NCBI GenBank assembly: GCA_037137535.1
Contig: JBAXKC010000008.1
Span: 26,976 to 90,975, forward strand
Direction: 5' to 3'
Length of the DNA stretch: 64,000 nucleotides
DNA from: a bacterium
GTDB lineage: Bacteria > Cyanobacteriota > Vampirovibrionia > Gastranaerophilales > JBAXKC01
Positions 10,844 through 21,616 of the stretch are shown here, one piece after another. The position numbers and the translations under genes were made by a program. Under the pieces are notes generated by a model, which did not search any database, was not told the origin of the DNA, and saw nothing but the letters and a program-made list of their open reading frames with translations. The stretch's first letter is position 1. The number at the start of each line of letters is the position of its first letter.

Positions 10844-11716
10844 ATGAAGATAAGTATTATAACTCCCTGTTTTAATGCGGAGCAATATATTGAAGAAACT
10901 ATTGAAAGCGTAATATTTCAACGTGGGGACTTCGATATTGAATATATAATCATCGATAATTTATCAGCAGATAACACAGAAAAGATTGTAAATTATTATA
11001 TTAATTTGCATAAAGAGAACAAACTTAAAATTAATTGTAATAACTTAGAAATTAAATATATTCGTGAAACAGACAATGGACTTTATGATGCATTAGCAAA
11101 AGGCTTTGAAATCATTACAGGCGATATAATTGCTTATATTAATGCAGATGATTATTATTTACCAAACTCATTTAAAACTATAACAAATATATTCAAATCT
11201 AATAAAAAATTAAAATGGTTAAACGGATTAAGCGTTAGTTATAATGAAGATGGAAGTATTATTGGAATTTGGCCATTACCGACTATTAAAAGAAAACATA
11301 TTCAGTATGGATTTTTTGGTAATATTTATTATCATATTCAACAAGAGTCCTGTTTTTGGAGAAAAGAATTATTAAATAAAATAGACATGAACATATTTAG
11401 AAAATATAAATATGCAGGAGATTATTATTTATGGAAATCTTTTGCGGAAGAAAATAATATTTATACGGTTCATTCAGCATTATCTGGCTTTAGACACAGA
11501 GAAAATCAACTTTCATCAGTATGTTTTGATAAATATAAAGAAGAATTTAACCAAATTAAAGAGAATTCATCATTTTTTGATAAAATAGAAGCAGTAATTT
11601 TAAATTTTTATTGGAAAATATCTGAAGGAAAGCACTATATTACAAAAAAACGCTTTTCTCACATATATTATGATATGCACAATAAAATTTGGAAAATGTA
11701 TAAAAAACCTAAATAA
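10844..11716 (+). CDS. GT2 glycosyltransferase
   Basis: ISIITPCFN, IIIDNLSADNT, DNGLYDALAKG and YINADD motifs. Confidence 0.92.
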   Translation: MKISIITPCFNAEQYIEETIESVIFQRGDFDIEYIIIDNLSADNTEKIVNYYINLHKENKLKINCNNLEIKYIRETDNGLYDALAKGFEIITGDIIAYINADDYYLPNSFKTITNIFKSNKKLKWLNGLSVSYNEDGSIIGIWPLPTIKRKHIQYGFFGNIYYHIQQESCFWRKELLNKIDMNIFRKYKYAGDYYLWKSFAEENNIYTVHSALSGFRHRENQLSSVCFDKYKEEFNQIKENSSFFDKIEAVILNFYWKISEGKHYITKKRFSHIYYDMHNKIWKMYKKPK

Positions 11717-11728
11717 GGGCATCTTAAA

Positions 11729-12625
11729 ATGGCAATACCAATATTTTTTATACATAAAGGACTACATCCTTACTTGCTTTTTACAATAATGCAAGCAAAA
11801 TTTTCTAATCCAAATAGTGAAATAATACTCATTGGCGATGATGAAAATAAGGTTCTAGGAAAATATATTACTCATTATAATTACAATGAATTAATAAATA
11901 ATAATATTTTAGAACTTAGAAAAATTTATAAACACAAGAGTAACAACAAGAAAGATTATGAACTTTTTTGCATTGAAAGATGGTTTTTACTCAATGAATA
12001 TTCTAAAAAGTTTAAGTTAAAAAATTTATTCTATATAGATTCAGATGTTATGTTGTATGAAAATATAACTCAAATTTTTGATAAATTATCAAGCGTTGAT
12101 GTTCTATGCTTTGATTACGAAAAAATATCAAGCGGACATTATTGTTATATAAATAATTTAACCAAACTTGACAACTTAAACAACTATATACTTGATTTAT
12201 ATAATGATAATAATAAATTTAATGAATTATGTGAAAGTTATTTAACTACTGAAAATAGTGCTTATGTCAAATCAATCAGTGATATGGTACTTCTACATTC
12301 ATTTTTAAGAAATAATGACATTACTTATGCAAATATAACAAATTATTTTGAAGGTAAAATATTTACCAATACTTTTAATTTCAATAAAGTGAAAAATATC
12401 GTTAACTCAGAAAAAACTAATTTAATCAGCTTTACCAATAATAAGTTTCTTGTTAAATTTAAAGATAATAATGAAATTTTAACAGCTTCAGCCATTCACT
12501 TTCATGGAGAAGCAAAACACCTGATTTCAAGTTATGCAACAGTAAAATTACCTATTAGATTAAAATTTATTAACTTATCATTTTTATTAAATAAACTTTA
12601 TAAAAAAATCAAAAAGTATTTATAA
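11729..12625 (+). CDS. Putative GT-A-fold glycosyltransferase
   Basis: YELFCIERW, DxD motif (YIDSDV), SDM and HFHG. Last gene of the polysaccharide operon. Confidence 0.55.
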   Translation: MAIPIFFIHKGLHPYLLFTIMQAKFSNPNSEIILIGDDENKVLGKYITHYNYNELINNNILELRKIYKHKSNNKKDYELFCIERWFLLNEYSKKFKLKNLFYIDSDVMLYENITQIFDKLSSVDVLCFDYEKISSGHYCYINNLTKLDNLNNYILDLYNDNNKFNELCESYLTTENSAYVKSISDMVLLHSFLRNNDITYANITNYFEGKIFTNTFNFNKVKNIVNSEKTNLISFTNNKFLVKFKDNNEILTASAIHFHGEAKHLISSYATVKLPIRLKFINLSFLLNKLYKKIKKYL

Positions 12626-13738
12626 AGCTGTTTCAAAATCAACAATTTCACATTTTAAATAAGGTAATTTTATTAAATCTGCTTTAGGATTATCGCCAAT
12701 CATTGAAGAATTACGCATATCAATTTTGAAATCCTGACATGCTTTTAAAAGCATACCGGGTTCTGGCTTTCTAGTTAATGTTTCTTTTTTATACTCGATT
12801 ATTGTAGCTTTTTCAAAATAATATGGTGAATGATAAAAAGCGTCAATTTTTAAATTTTTTGAATTATAAGTTTCTTGAATGTATTCATGCGTTAAATGCA
12901 CGTCGTTATCGGTATAATAACCTCTAGCAACTCCTGATTGATTTGTTACAACAATAAGATGCTGATTATTTTCATTAGCTCTTTTTACAATAGCAAAGGC
13001 CTGTTCTAATAATTCCAAATCAGTTCCAAAAGCATAGCCTGTATTTTTATTGATAACACCATCTCTATCCATAAACTGAGCTGATTTACGCTCCGTTTTT
13101 AGCCAATTATTAATTAAATCTTCTGACTTGTGAGTGTTTTGAATAAATTTGCCACCTAAAGGTAAACCCAGTAATTGTTTATTTTCAAGTAAAAGATCAA
13201 TAAAATCTTGCTCATTAATAAATTTATTTTTATTAAGTAAATCAATTATTAGTGACTTTTTAAGAAAATATCTTCCAGAACTTACATATCCATCTAAATA
13301 AGAATTTTCATCAATATTTTTTAAAAGTTTTATATTATAGTCATTATCTATTTTATAAAAATCTAATGATGAGTCATAATCCGCCATTCTAAGACCTAAA
13401 ACGTTATTTTTATTAGCAGAAAAATCTTTCATCAAAGTTATATCAGCATCAAAGAAAAAATTACCGTCAATTAAGTAGAACTCTTCATCTACATAATCTA
13501 ATACCGACTTTATTACATTATAAAAGTTATAAGTATCAGCCAAATTCAAGATTTTTATATCTAAATTACTATATTGTTCTAATAATTTATTATAATTTAT
13601 TAATTCGTTATTAGAAATAAATGATAATGAATCAATTCCAAATTCAATTATACTTTCAGCAACACTTTGAATAAAATGTATAGAGTTTACGTCAGACGTA
13701 ACTTTATTAATATTATCTAAAAAAATAACTGCTTTCAT
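12620..13738 (-). CDS. gmhB: Degenerate nucleotidyltransferase (HddC-like) domain fused to D,D-heptose 1,7-bisphosphate phosphatase
   Basis: C-terminal HAD motifs MDRDGVIN, VVTNQSGVARG, RKPEPGML and MIGD. The N-terminal region lacks the GGxGTR motif. Confidence 0.7.
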   Translation of the reverse strand: MKAVIFLDNINKVTSDVNSIHFIQSVAESIIEFGIDSLSFISNNELINYNKLLEQYSNLDIKILNLADTYNFYNVIKSVLDYVDEEFYLIDGNFFFDADITLMKDFSANKNNVLGLRMADYDSSLDFYKIDNDYNIKLLKNIDENSYLDGYVSSGRYFLKKSLIIDLLNKNKFINEQDFIDLLLENKQLLGLPLGGKFIQNTHKSEDLINNWLKTERKSAQFMDRDGVINKNTGYAFGTDLELLEQAFAIVKRANENNQHLIVVTNQSGVARGYYTDNDVHLTHEYIQETYNSKNLKIDAFYHSPYYFEKATIIEYKKETLTRKPEPGMLLKACQDFKIDMRNSSMIGDNPKADLIKLPYLKCEIVDFETAL

Positions 13739-13743
13739 TTAAA

Positions 13744-15552
13744 TTAGACCTTTTCGCTAAGCTCTTGTTCATTAACTTTAAATTGAGCCATATAAAGATT
13801 TTTATAACGTCCATGTTCTCTTGTCATAAGATCATCATGACTACCAATTTCTACAATTTGCCCATCATCAATAACAGCAATTCTAGTTGCATTTTTAACA
13901 GTTGAAAGTCTATGAGCAATTACAAATACTGTTCTATTTTCCATAAGTTTTTCAATGGCACATTGAACAACAGCTTCAGATTTATTATCTAAAGCACTTG
14001 TAGCCTCATCTAAAACAATAATTGGAGCATTTTTAATTAAAGCTCTGGCAATAGCAACCCTTTGCTTTTGTCCGCCTGATAATAAAACACCACGTTCACC
14101 AACTTTAGTGTCTAAACCAAATTCAAGTGAGTTTATAAAATCTTCAAGATAAGCATTTTTAACAACTTCTAATAGTTGCTCATCTGTAGCAGAAGGATTT
14201 CCTAATAGAATATTTTCTCTGATTGTACCGTCAAATAAGAAATTATCTTGAAAGACTACTGCGATTTGATCTCTAAGAGAGTTAATTTTAATATCTCTAA
14301 TATCAATGCCATCTATTTTAATTGAACCCGCTAAAACATCATAAAATCTAGGAATTAAGTTTACTAATGTAGACTTTCCGCCACCTGAGTTTCCAACTAA
14401 AGCAAGTGTTTCGCCGACTTTAACATTAAGATTGATATTATTTAAAACAATTTTATCTTTAATATATTCAAAGGTTACATTTTCAAATGTAATTGAATTT
14501 TTCACATCATTAATTTCAACTGAGTTTTTATTTTCTTTAATGGATGATTCTGAATCTAATAAACCAAGAATTCTACCCATCGCAAAAAAAGCATTTTGAG
14601 CTTGAGAAGCTGTATTTCCAAGTGTCTTAATTGGCTGATATAAGAGGATTAAGGCAATAATGAAAGAAGCTAAACTTCCTGTTGTTAATTGATGTGTTTT
14701 AATTAAATAACTGCTAAAACCAACTACTATAGCTAAGCCGCAAGCGCTGATAAATTGAACTGACGGACCAATTAAAGCTGTTGCTTGAATACTCTTTATA
14801 CTTAGATAAAAACCACGTTGTAAAGAATTTTTAAATTTGTTAGTTTGTGTTCCTTGAAGATTATAAGAAGCAACTGTTCTATTACCTGAACATGTTTCGT
14901 TATAAACTGTATAAATTTCTCCACCTAACTTAATGTTTTCATCAGATATAAATTTCAATTTTTTTCTTAATTGCTTTAACGGTAAAAATGCACATCCAAG
15001 TACAACTATAGCAATAATTGCAAGCTGCCATGAGTTATAAAGTAATACGCTTATTAATGAAATTGAGGAAAATAATCTTGATAAAAATAATCTTAAGTTT
15101 GAAACAAGTCCGCTAGATGCTTGATCCACATCGGAATTAAATCTTGAAACAATCAAACCTGTCGGATTTTTGTCATAAAATGCAGATTCGTAGGTTAAAA
15201 GTTTTTTAAACATAACATCTTTAATATCTTGAGTTATTTTAGTAGCGACCCAAGTATTGTAGTATGCGGATAAGTAGTTTAATACACCTTGAACAGTTGC
15301 AAATAATACAATTAACAAAGGGACACCAACTACAAACATCATGTTTAAATTTTTGTTCAATTGATCAATAAACTTCTGAACAAATACAGGTGTAGCACCA
15401 TCTAATGCTCCTATCGGAATTGATAAAAGCATTGCGAAAATAGTTCTGCCCAGATAAGGTTTAATATACGGAAATAACCTTTTCAGACAATAAAAATAAT
15501 CATTTTTACTATCGTTTTTATCTCTATTGAAATCTGCTAAATTCATTACCAT
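13744..15552 (-). CDS. msbA: Lipid A export-type ABC transporter (TMD+NBD)
   Basis: N-terminal TM domain, Walker A GNSGGGKS, LSGGQKQR, LDEATSALD and IAHRLST. Located among LPS genes. Confidence 0.8.
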   Translation of the reverse strand: MVMNLADFNRDKNDSKNDYFYCLKRLFPYIKPYLGRTIFAMLLSIPIGALDGATPVFVQKFIDQLNKNLNMMFVVGVPLLIVLFATVQGVLNYLSAYYNTWVATKITQDIKDVMFKKLLTYESAFYDKNPTGLIVSRFNSDVDQASSGLVSNLRLFLSRLFSSISLISVLLYNSWQLAIIAIVVLGCAFLPLKQLRKKLKFISDENIKLGGEIYTVYNETCSGNRTVASYNLQGTQTNKFKNSLQRGFYLSIKSIQATALIGPSVQFISACGLAIVVGFSSYLIKTHQLTTGSLASFIIALILLYQPIKTLGNTASQAQNAFFAMGRILGLLDSESSIKENKNSVEINDVKNSITFENVTFEYIKDKIVLNNINLNVKVGETLALVGNSGGGKSTLVNLIPRFYDVLAGSIKIDGIDIRDIKINSLRDQIAVVFQDNFLFDGTIRENILLGNPSATDEQLLEVVKNAYLEDFINSLEFGLDTKVGERGVLLSGGQKQRVAIARALIKNAPIIVLDEATSALDNKSEAVVQCAIEKLMENRTVFVIAHRLSTVKNATRIAVIDDGQIVEIGSHDDLMTREHGRYKNLYMAQFKVNEQELSEKV

Positions 15553-15583
15553 AATATATTAAATCTCCCCAGTCCTGCTTAAG

Positions 15584-16453
15584 TTAATATTCAGTTATTA
15601 ATTTCATTAAATGTTTAGAATATTCTGAATTCTTATATTTTAATGCTAATTGTTCTACTTGTTGTTTATTTATAAATCCTTTAGATAAAGCTATTTCCTC
15701 TATACAGGCAACTTTTATCCCTTGATTTATTTCTATAGCTTCAATATATTGCGACGCTCTCATTAAGGAATCATTTGTTCCTGTGTCAAGCCAAGCAAAG
15801 CCTCTACCAAATAATTCAACCTTTAAATTACCTTTTTCAAGATAAATTCTGTTCAAATCGGTTATTTCAAGTTCGCCTCTAGCGGAAGGTTTTAAATTTT
15901 TTGCATATTCAATTACTTTATTGTCATAAAAATACAAACCTGTTACAGCATAATCCGACTTTGGATTTACAGGTTTCTCTTCAATAGATAATGCATTACC
16001 GAATTCATCAAAATCTACAACGCCGAAACGCTCAGGGTCTCTTACTTTATAGCCAAATACAGTTGCACCATTTTCTCTATTTACTGCATTATTGAGCATT
16101 GCAGTAAATCCTGAGCCATAAAAAATATTATCACCTAAAACTAAGGCAACATTATCATCACCGATGAAAGACTCGCCAATAATAAAAGCTTGCGCTAAAC
16201 CGTCAGGCGATGGTTGAATTGCGTATTGAATATTTAATCCGTAATCAGAGCCGTCATTGAATAATGCTTCAAACCTAGAAGTATCTTCAGGAGTAGAAAT
16301 AATTAGAATATCTTTAATACCTGCAAGCATTAATACAGATAAAGGATAATAAATCATAGGTTTATCATAAACAGGCAAAAGCTGTTTACAAACTACTTTT
16401 GTCAAAGGATAAAGCCTAGTGCCGGAACCGCCTGCTAAAATAATTCCCTTCAT
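15584..16453 (-). CDS. rfbA: Glucose-1-phosphate thymidylyltransferase
   Basis: [27 protein letters not shown] and WLDTGT. Confidence 0.97.
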   Translation of the reverse strand: MKGIILAGGSGTRLYPLTKVVCKQLLPVYDKPMIYYPLSVLMLAGIKDILIISTPEDTSRFEALFNDGSDYGLNIQYAIQPSPDGLAQAFIIGESFIGDDNVALVLGDNIFYGSGFTAMLNNAVNRENGATVFGYKVRDPERFGVVDFDEFGNALSIEEKPVNPKSDYAVTGLYFYDNKVIEYAKNLKPSARGELEITDLNRIYLEKGNLKVELFGRGFAWLDTGTNDSLMRASQYIEAIEINQGIKVACIEEIALSKGFINKQQVEQLALKYKNSEYSKHLMKLITEY

Positions 16454-17280
16454 AAACTCTTTTTAATCTCCAAATATTCTTCCAATGATTTTTCCCAATT
16501 ATCAAGCAAACCATTATTATTCATAGCTGAAAACTTAGGTCTTTTAGCGGCTCGGGGAAATTCATCCGTTGTTACCGGGATAACGTTAATATCAATATCA
16601 GATAATTCAAAAATTTTCTCGGCAAATCCATGCCAGCTGGTATATCCTGTGCCACACATATGATAAACACCATATCGTTTTTTATAAAATATTAAATCCA
16701 GTAATGCATTAGATAACGCAACAGTCCATGTTGGGCAACCAATCTGATCTGCAACTACTTTCAATTCACTATTTTTTTGAGAAAGTGAAATCATAGTATC
16801 TACAAAGTTTTTGCCGTATTGACCATAAAGCCAGCTTGTTCTGGCAATATAACTTTGTGGATTATGTTGTTGTACAACAACTTCACCTGCTAATTTTGAC
16901 GCTCCATAAACATTTATGGGGTTTGTTTTATCCGTTATTTCGTAAGAACTACCCTTTTCACCATCAAAAACATAATCTGTACTTATATAAATAAGCGGGA
17001 TATTTTCTTTAGCAGTAGCTAGAGCAATATACTCTGCACCTGTTGCATTAATTAAATATGCAGTATATTTATCATCTTCAGCCGCATCAACATTAGTATA
17101 AGCAGCACAATGTATGACATAATCAGGTTTCTTTGCTGAAATTGTTTCATTTACTGAGTTTAAATCGGTAATATCCATATCTTTGACATCTGTTAGTATA
17201 GGCTCAATGTCATTTTCAATTAAAACTTGAGTTAAATCTTTGCCTAACATTCCGTTAGCACCTGTTAATAATATTTTCAT
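16450..17280 (-). CDS. rfbD: dTDP-4-dehydrorhamnose reductase
   Basis: [27 protein letters not shown] and DQIGCPT. Confidence 0.96.
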   Translation of the reverse strand: MKILLTGANGMLGKDLTQVLIENDIEPILTDVKDMDITDLNSVNETISAKKPDYVIHCAAYTNVDAAEDDKYTAYLINATGAEYIALATAKENIPLIYISTDYVFDGEKGSSYEITDKTNPINVYGASKLAGEVVVQQHNPQSYIARTSWLYGQYGKNFVDTMISLSQKNSELKVVADQIGCPTWTVALSNALLDLIFYKKRYGVYHMCGTGYTSWHGFAEKIFELSDIDINVIPVTTDEFPRAAKRPKFSAMNNNGLLDNWEKSLEEYLEIKKSL

Positions 17281-18257
17281 GCTTGAGCCACTTTTTTATT
17301 TACTAAACTTTCAACCCAATCTTTATTGTTTAAATACCAATCGATAGTAATTTGAATACCTTCATCAAAGCAAACTTTCGGTTCCCATCCAAGTTCTTTC
17401 TGTATTTTTGAACTATCAATGGCATATCTTCTATCATGACCAAGTCTATCTTCAACATATTTAATTAAAGAATCAGGTTTACCTAATTTATCAAGAATAA
17501 TACGGGTAATTTCCATGTTTGTTTTTTCGTTATTACCGCCAATATTGTAGACTTCACCATCTTTGCCTTTATGCAATACAGCATCTATAGCGCTGCAATG
17601 ATCATAAACGTATAACCAGTCTCTAACATTTAATCCATCACCATATACAGGGATTTGCTTATCATTTAACAAATTATTTATGAAAAGTGGAATAAGTTTT
17701 TCAGGGTATTGATAAGGCCCATAATTATTTGAACAACGGGTAATTAATACAGGCATTTTATATGTTTCAAAATAAGCTCTTACAATCATATCAGCACTGG
17801 CTTTTGTTGCTGAATACGGACTATTTGGAGCTAATGGGGTTAATTCGGTAAAGTAACCTGTTTTACCAAGACTTCCATAAACTTCGTCAGTAGAAACCTG
17901 TAAATACTTATCAATTTTGGCTTCTTTTGCAGCGTGTATAAGAGTTTGAGTACCCATTACATTTGTTTGAACAAAAACTTCAGGACCTGTGATACTTCTA
18001 TCAACATGTGATTCTGCCGCAAAATTCAAACAACAGTCAACTTCATTCATTAACTGTGTTACAAGTTTTTTATCACAGATATCGCCATGAACAAAAGTAT
18101 AATTTTTATTAGAGGTTAAATCCTTTAAGTTATCGACATTTCCTGCATAAGTTAATAAATCTAAGTTAATAACTTTATAATCAGGATACTTTGCTAAAAT
18201 ATGTCTGATAAAACAACTTCCTATAAAACCGGCTCCGCCTGTAACAAGTAATTTCAT
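17277..18257 (-). CDS. rfbB: dTDP-glucose 4,6-dehydratase
   Basis: TGGAGFIG, AAESHVDRS, STDEVYG, PNSPYSATK and DRLGHDRRY. Confidence 0.97.
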   Translation of the reverse strand: MKLLVTGGAGFIGSCFIRHILAKYPDYKVINLDLLTYAGNVDNLKDLTSNKNYTFVHGDICDKKLVTQLMNEVDCCLNFAAESHVDRSITGPEVFVQTNVMGTQTLIHAAKEAKIDKYLQVSTDEVYGSLGKTGYFTELTPLAPNSPYSATKASADMIVRAYFETYKMPVLITRCSNNYGPYQYPEKLIPLFINNLLNDKQIPVYGDGLNVRDWLYVYDHCSAIDAVLHKGKDGEVYNIGGNNEKTNMEITRIILDKLGKPDSLIKYVEDRLGHDRRYAIDSSKIQKELGWEPKVCFDEGIQITIDWYLNNKDWVESLVNKKVAQA

Positions 18258-18260
18258 TTG

Positions 18261-18836
18261 TTATTCCTTATCATAGATAAAATTATTAATAGCATTTTCA
18301 ATAGTAGGCAATATTGCATCTTTCTCTGAGATTATCGGATTAGTTATACCCCATTTTACACCAATTTCGGGATCAGACCAGAGTATTCCGGCGTCATTTT
18401 CAGGGGAATATTCGTCTGATGCTTTATAACAAACTTCAGCCGAATTGGATAATACAGAAAAACCATGTGCAAATCCAGCAGGTATGTACAACATTGCTTT
18501 ATTTTCTTCGTTTAAAACTGCTCCAACCCATTTTTTATAGGTAGGTGAATTTTTTCTAATATCAACTGCAACATCAAAGATTTCACCATGTACACAACGA
18601 ACAAGTTTAGCTTGAGCTTTAGGATTAGTCTGATAATGTAAACCTCTGATAACATTCTTTTTCGATCTTGACTGATTATCTTGCATAAAAAGATCTGTAA
18701 TACCAAACGCTACAAAATCAGAGCGTTTATATGATTCATAAAAATAACCTCTATCATCTGAGAATGATCTTGGTTCTATTAATACAACTTCTTCTATTTC
18801 TAATGGTTTAAAATTAAATGGCATTTTACATTCCAC
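18261..18836 (-). CDS. rfbC: dTDP-4-dehydrorhamnose 3,5-epimerase
   Basis: DDRGYF, QDNQSRS, RGLHYQ, DVAVDIR and GFAHGF. The true start may be the ATG at 18824. Confidence 0.96.
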   Translation of the reverse strand: MECKMPFNFKPLEIEEVVLIEPRSFSDDRGYFYESYKRSDFVAFGITDLFMQDNQSRSKKNVIRGLHYQTNPKAQAKLVRCVHGEIFDVAVDIRKNSPTYKKWVGAVLNEENKAMLYIPAGFAHGFSVLSNSAEVCYKASDEYSPENDAGILWSDPEIGVKWGITNPIISEKDAILPTIENAINNFIYDKE

Positions 18837-18914
18837 GCTATTTTCTCTCTTCTAGAATATCGCAAAAGTAACTTAATTAAAAACGAATATAATTATTGAT
18901 TAATAGTAATTTAC

Positions 18915-18947
18915 AAAAAATTCAGGCGACTATATTAGCCGCCTGAA
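18915..18947 (-). terminator. Intrinsic terminator after tmk
   Basis: TTCAGGCG...CGCCTGAA stem followed by a T6 tract on the minus strand. Confidence 0.75.
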
Positions 18948-18968
18948 TAAAATAAACATATTTTAAAG

Positions 18969-19595
18969 TTAAATAACTTGCTTTTCTTTTAAAACTGATA
19001 TTAATTGAGTAAAAATATCTTCTATCGACTGATTTGCATTAATAATTACGAATCTGGAAGGATCAGACTTTGCTACTTCAAGATAACCCTGTCTTACTTT
19101 TTTATGAAACTCTTGAGCTTCAGACTCAAAGCGATCTTTTTCTCTTGCAATTCGATTTGCTGCTGTATCGGTATCAATATCCAGTAATATTGTCAAATCC
19201 GGGATTAATCCTCTAGTTGCGATTTTATTTAATTCTATTATTTGATTAAGGTCAATACCTCGTCCATAACCTTGATAAGCAAGACTTGAATCAATAAATC
19301 TATCGCAAAGTACGATATTCCCCTCTTTTAGAGCAGGTAATATTTTTTCATCAACATGTTGAGATCTGTCTGCAAGATATAAGAATAACTCACAATTTGG
19401 TGAAATATAATTCGGGTAATGAAGTAAAATTTGACGCAAAGAAGACCCGAGTTCTGTGCCCCCCGGGTCTCTTGTTTGAATGTTTTTGGTATTATTGTTA
19501 GTTAAATAATTTGAAAGTTTTGAAATCTGTGTTGTTTTACCTGAGCCATCAGCCCCTTCAAATGTTATAAAGTAACCTTTTTGTTTATCCGACAT
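18969..19595 (-). CDS. tmk: Thymidylate kinase
   Basis: FITFEGADGSGKTTQ, LCDRFIDSSLAYQG and PDLTILLD. Confidence 0.96.
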   Translation of the reverse strand: MSDKQKGYFITFEGADGSGKTTQISKLSNYLTNNNTKNIQTRDPGGTELGSSLRQILLHYPNYISPNCELFLYLADRSQHVDEKILPALKEGNIVLCDRFIDSSLAYQGYGRGIDLNQIIELNKIATRGLIPDLTILLDIDTDTAANRIAREKDRFESEAQEFHKKVRQGYLEVAKSDPSRFVIINANQSIEDIFTQLISVLKEKQVI

Positions 19596-21219
19596 TTTTT
19601 AATCCTTGTCCGCATGATAAGACTTTTAGTCTTCTATTCGGTTCATCTCCGATACTTTTACTAGTCAAATTATGTTGTTCTACAAGCTCATGCTGTAATC
19701 TTCTTATGTGTTGCTTTCTTGGCAAGAGTTCAATTTCAGGAACACCTGCAAGAACTTTATTAACAGCAGTTTTTGCTTCTTCCAGGGCTTCATCAGTTTC
19801 ATTAAAGAAAGATTCTTCCATCATATCACCTGCATCGCATTTAATATTAAGAGCTTCTTTAATAGTTTTTTGAATATTGCCCATAGTATTTGACTTAACA
19901 AAGTATATCGGAATCTGATAGTTCTTGGCAACATTTAGTATTTTAGCACCAGCTTTTTCATAGCTTTTATGAGAAATAACAATATCGGCTTCATCAATAT
20001 TTCTTGTTACTTCTGCATTTATATCAAGACGTTCAATTAATTTATCTATTAGTGAGCGACTAACTGCATATATATAAATTTTCTTATTTGGTTGAAAATC
20101 TTTCATATATTTATCTATGTCAAAATCATCATAAGATTGAGGAGTTGCATTAAATAACTTTGGTTTTTCTCTGGTTTCTACTGGCTGTAATGACGGGTGC
20201 ACCTGTTCTTTTTTAACTACTTCAACAGAACAGGAAGTATAAGTTTCATCTACATTCCTAATTTCAGGTTGAATTGGCCAACCTCTAAGAATGAAATCAA
20301 CAGCTTCAGTCGTATTTTTATAAACAGCAAGAGTATTTCTATCAACGATTTCAACGACCATGTCAAATGTTGGTTGTTTTTCTCTTTCTAGGATGGTTTT
20401 TTGACATGATCTTTTTCTTGCTTCATCATCGCCAAGAGTAACAGAGCTGATACCACCTACTAAATCTGATAAAAGAGGGTTTTTAATTAAATTTTCAAGG
20501 ACATTACCATGTGCTGTTGCAACAAGCATAACTCCTCGTTCTGCGATGGTTCTTGCAGCTAATGCTTCAGCTTCTGTTCCTATTTCATCAACAACTATGA
20601 CTTCGGGGGTATGGTTTTCAACTGCTTCAATCATAACATCTTTTTGTTTTTCAGGCGATTCCACCTGCATTCTTCTTGCTCTTCCAATTGCAGCATGCGG
20701 AACATCTCCATCACCTGCAATTTCATTTGACGTATCAATTACAATTACCCTTTTCCCTAATTCATCTGCAATTAATCTCGCTATTTCTCTCAACTTTGTA
20801 GTTTTTCCAACTCCGGGACGTCCCAAGAACAAAATACTTTTACCTGTAATGACTAAATCTCTTATACATGAAATAGTCCCGGTCACAACTCTACCTACCC
20901 TACATGTTAAGCCTATTACATGCCCCTTACGGTTTCTAATAGCACTTATACGGTGGAGTGTTCCGGGAATACCAGATCGGTTATCCGATGTAAAACTTTC
21001 AATTTTTTTCGTGACAGATTCAAGGTCTTCGAGCGTAACAATTTCCTCGCCAAGATACTCTATTTTTCCGTCAGAGTGTCTTATTTCAGGCGGTCGCCCA
21101 TAGTCTAGGACAATTTCTGTCAAGTCATCAAGACATTTGTCCCTCAAGTTCAAGCCAACTTTTCGAGGTAAAACGGATATCATCTTTTCAAGGTCGCTGT
21201 AGAAATTTAACTTATCCAT
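19585..21219 (-). CDS. Ycf45/SpoIIIAA-like AAA+ ATPase with a C-terminal R3H domain
   Basis: GIPGTLHRIS, Walker A GRPGVGKT, VIDTSNEIAGDG, VVDEIG and C-terminal RRLQHELVE. Start at 21219 preferred (AAAGGGAG SD). Overlaps tmk by 11 bp. Confidence 0.85.
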   Translation of the reverse strand: MDKLNFYSDLEKMISVLPRKVGLNLRDKCLDDLTEIVLDYGRPPEIRHSDGKIEYLGEEIVTLEDLESVTKKIESFTSDNRSGIPGTLHRISAIRNRKGHVIGLTCRVGRVVTGTISCIRDLVITGKSILFLGRPGVGKTTKLREIARLIADELGKRVIVIDTSNEIAGDGDVPHAAIGRARRMQVESPEKQKDVMIEAVENHTPEVIVVDEIGTEAEALAARTIAERGVMLVATAHGNVLENLIKNPLLSDLVGGISSVTLGDDEARKRSCQKTILEREKQPTFDMVVEIVDRNTLAVYKNTTEAVDFILRGWPIQPEIRNVDETYTSCSVEVVKKEQVHPSLQPVETREKPKLFNATPQSYDDFDIDKYMKDFQPNKKIYIYAVSRSLIDKLIERLDINAEVTRNIDEADIVISHKSYEKAGAKILNVAKNYQIPIYFVKSNTMGNIQKTIKEALNIKCDAGDMMEESFFNETDEALEEAKTAVNKVLAGVPEIELLPRKQHIRRLQHELVEQHNLTSKSIGDEPNRRLKVLSCGQGLKNVG

Positions 21220-21616
21220 ATCTCCCTTTCTATATAAGTGAACTGAATTACTCTCAATATATTCATGGCTTTTCATCTTATATTGCAATTCTCCCAAGTC
21301 AGTTAATATATCTTTTAGTGGACTGGATTAGACTCTTAATTTATTGACCTTGATACCCTTTACATTAATATTATAGCTTATTTTGTTTTAGTTGTCATGC
21401 ATAACTGCTAAATATGTAGTAATATCTAAACATTTGTTAAAATTAAAATACAACCGCTGGTTTATTGTTATTTTAATTAAAAATTACCAACTTGAAATGA
21501 AATTAATTTATAAAAAGAATTATCTTATGTGAATACATTGATAACATCAAAGCATAATTTTAAAAAATAAAAAAGTGTTAAAATCTAAAATAAGTGGTAA
21601 ATAATATTAAGTTAAC

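Noticed and set aside
20546-21103. 185-aa antisense ORF and the other short overlapping ORFs (e.g. 3685, 30243, 36560, 39999, 47749, 53167, 53728, 53973)
   Set aside because: They are shadow frames of well-supported genes and have no motifs or SDs.
21220-21297. N-terminal extension of the Ycf45-like ORF
   Set aside because: A better SD precedes the ATG at 21219, and the extension shows no family features.
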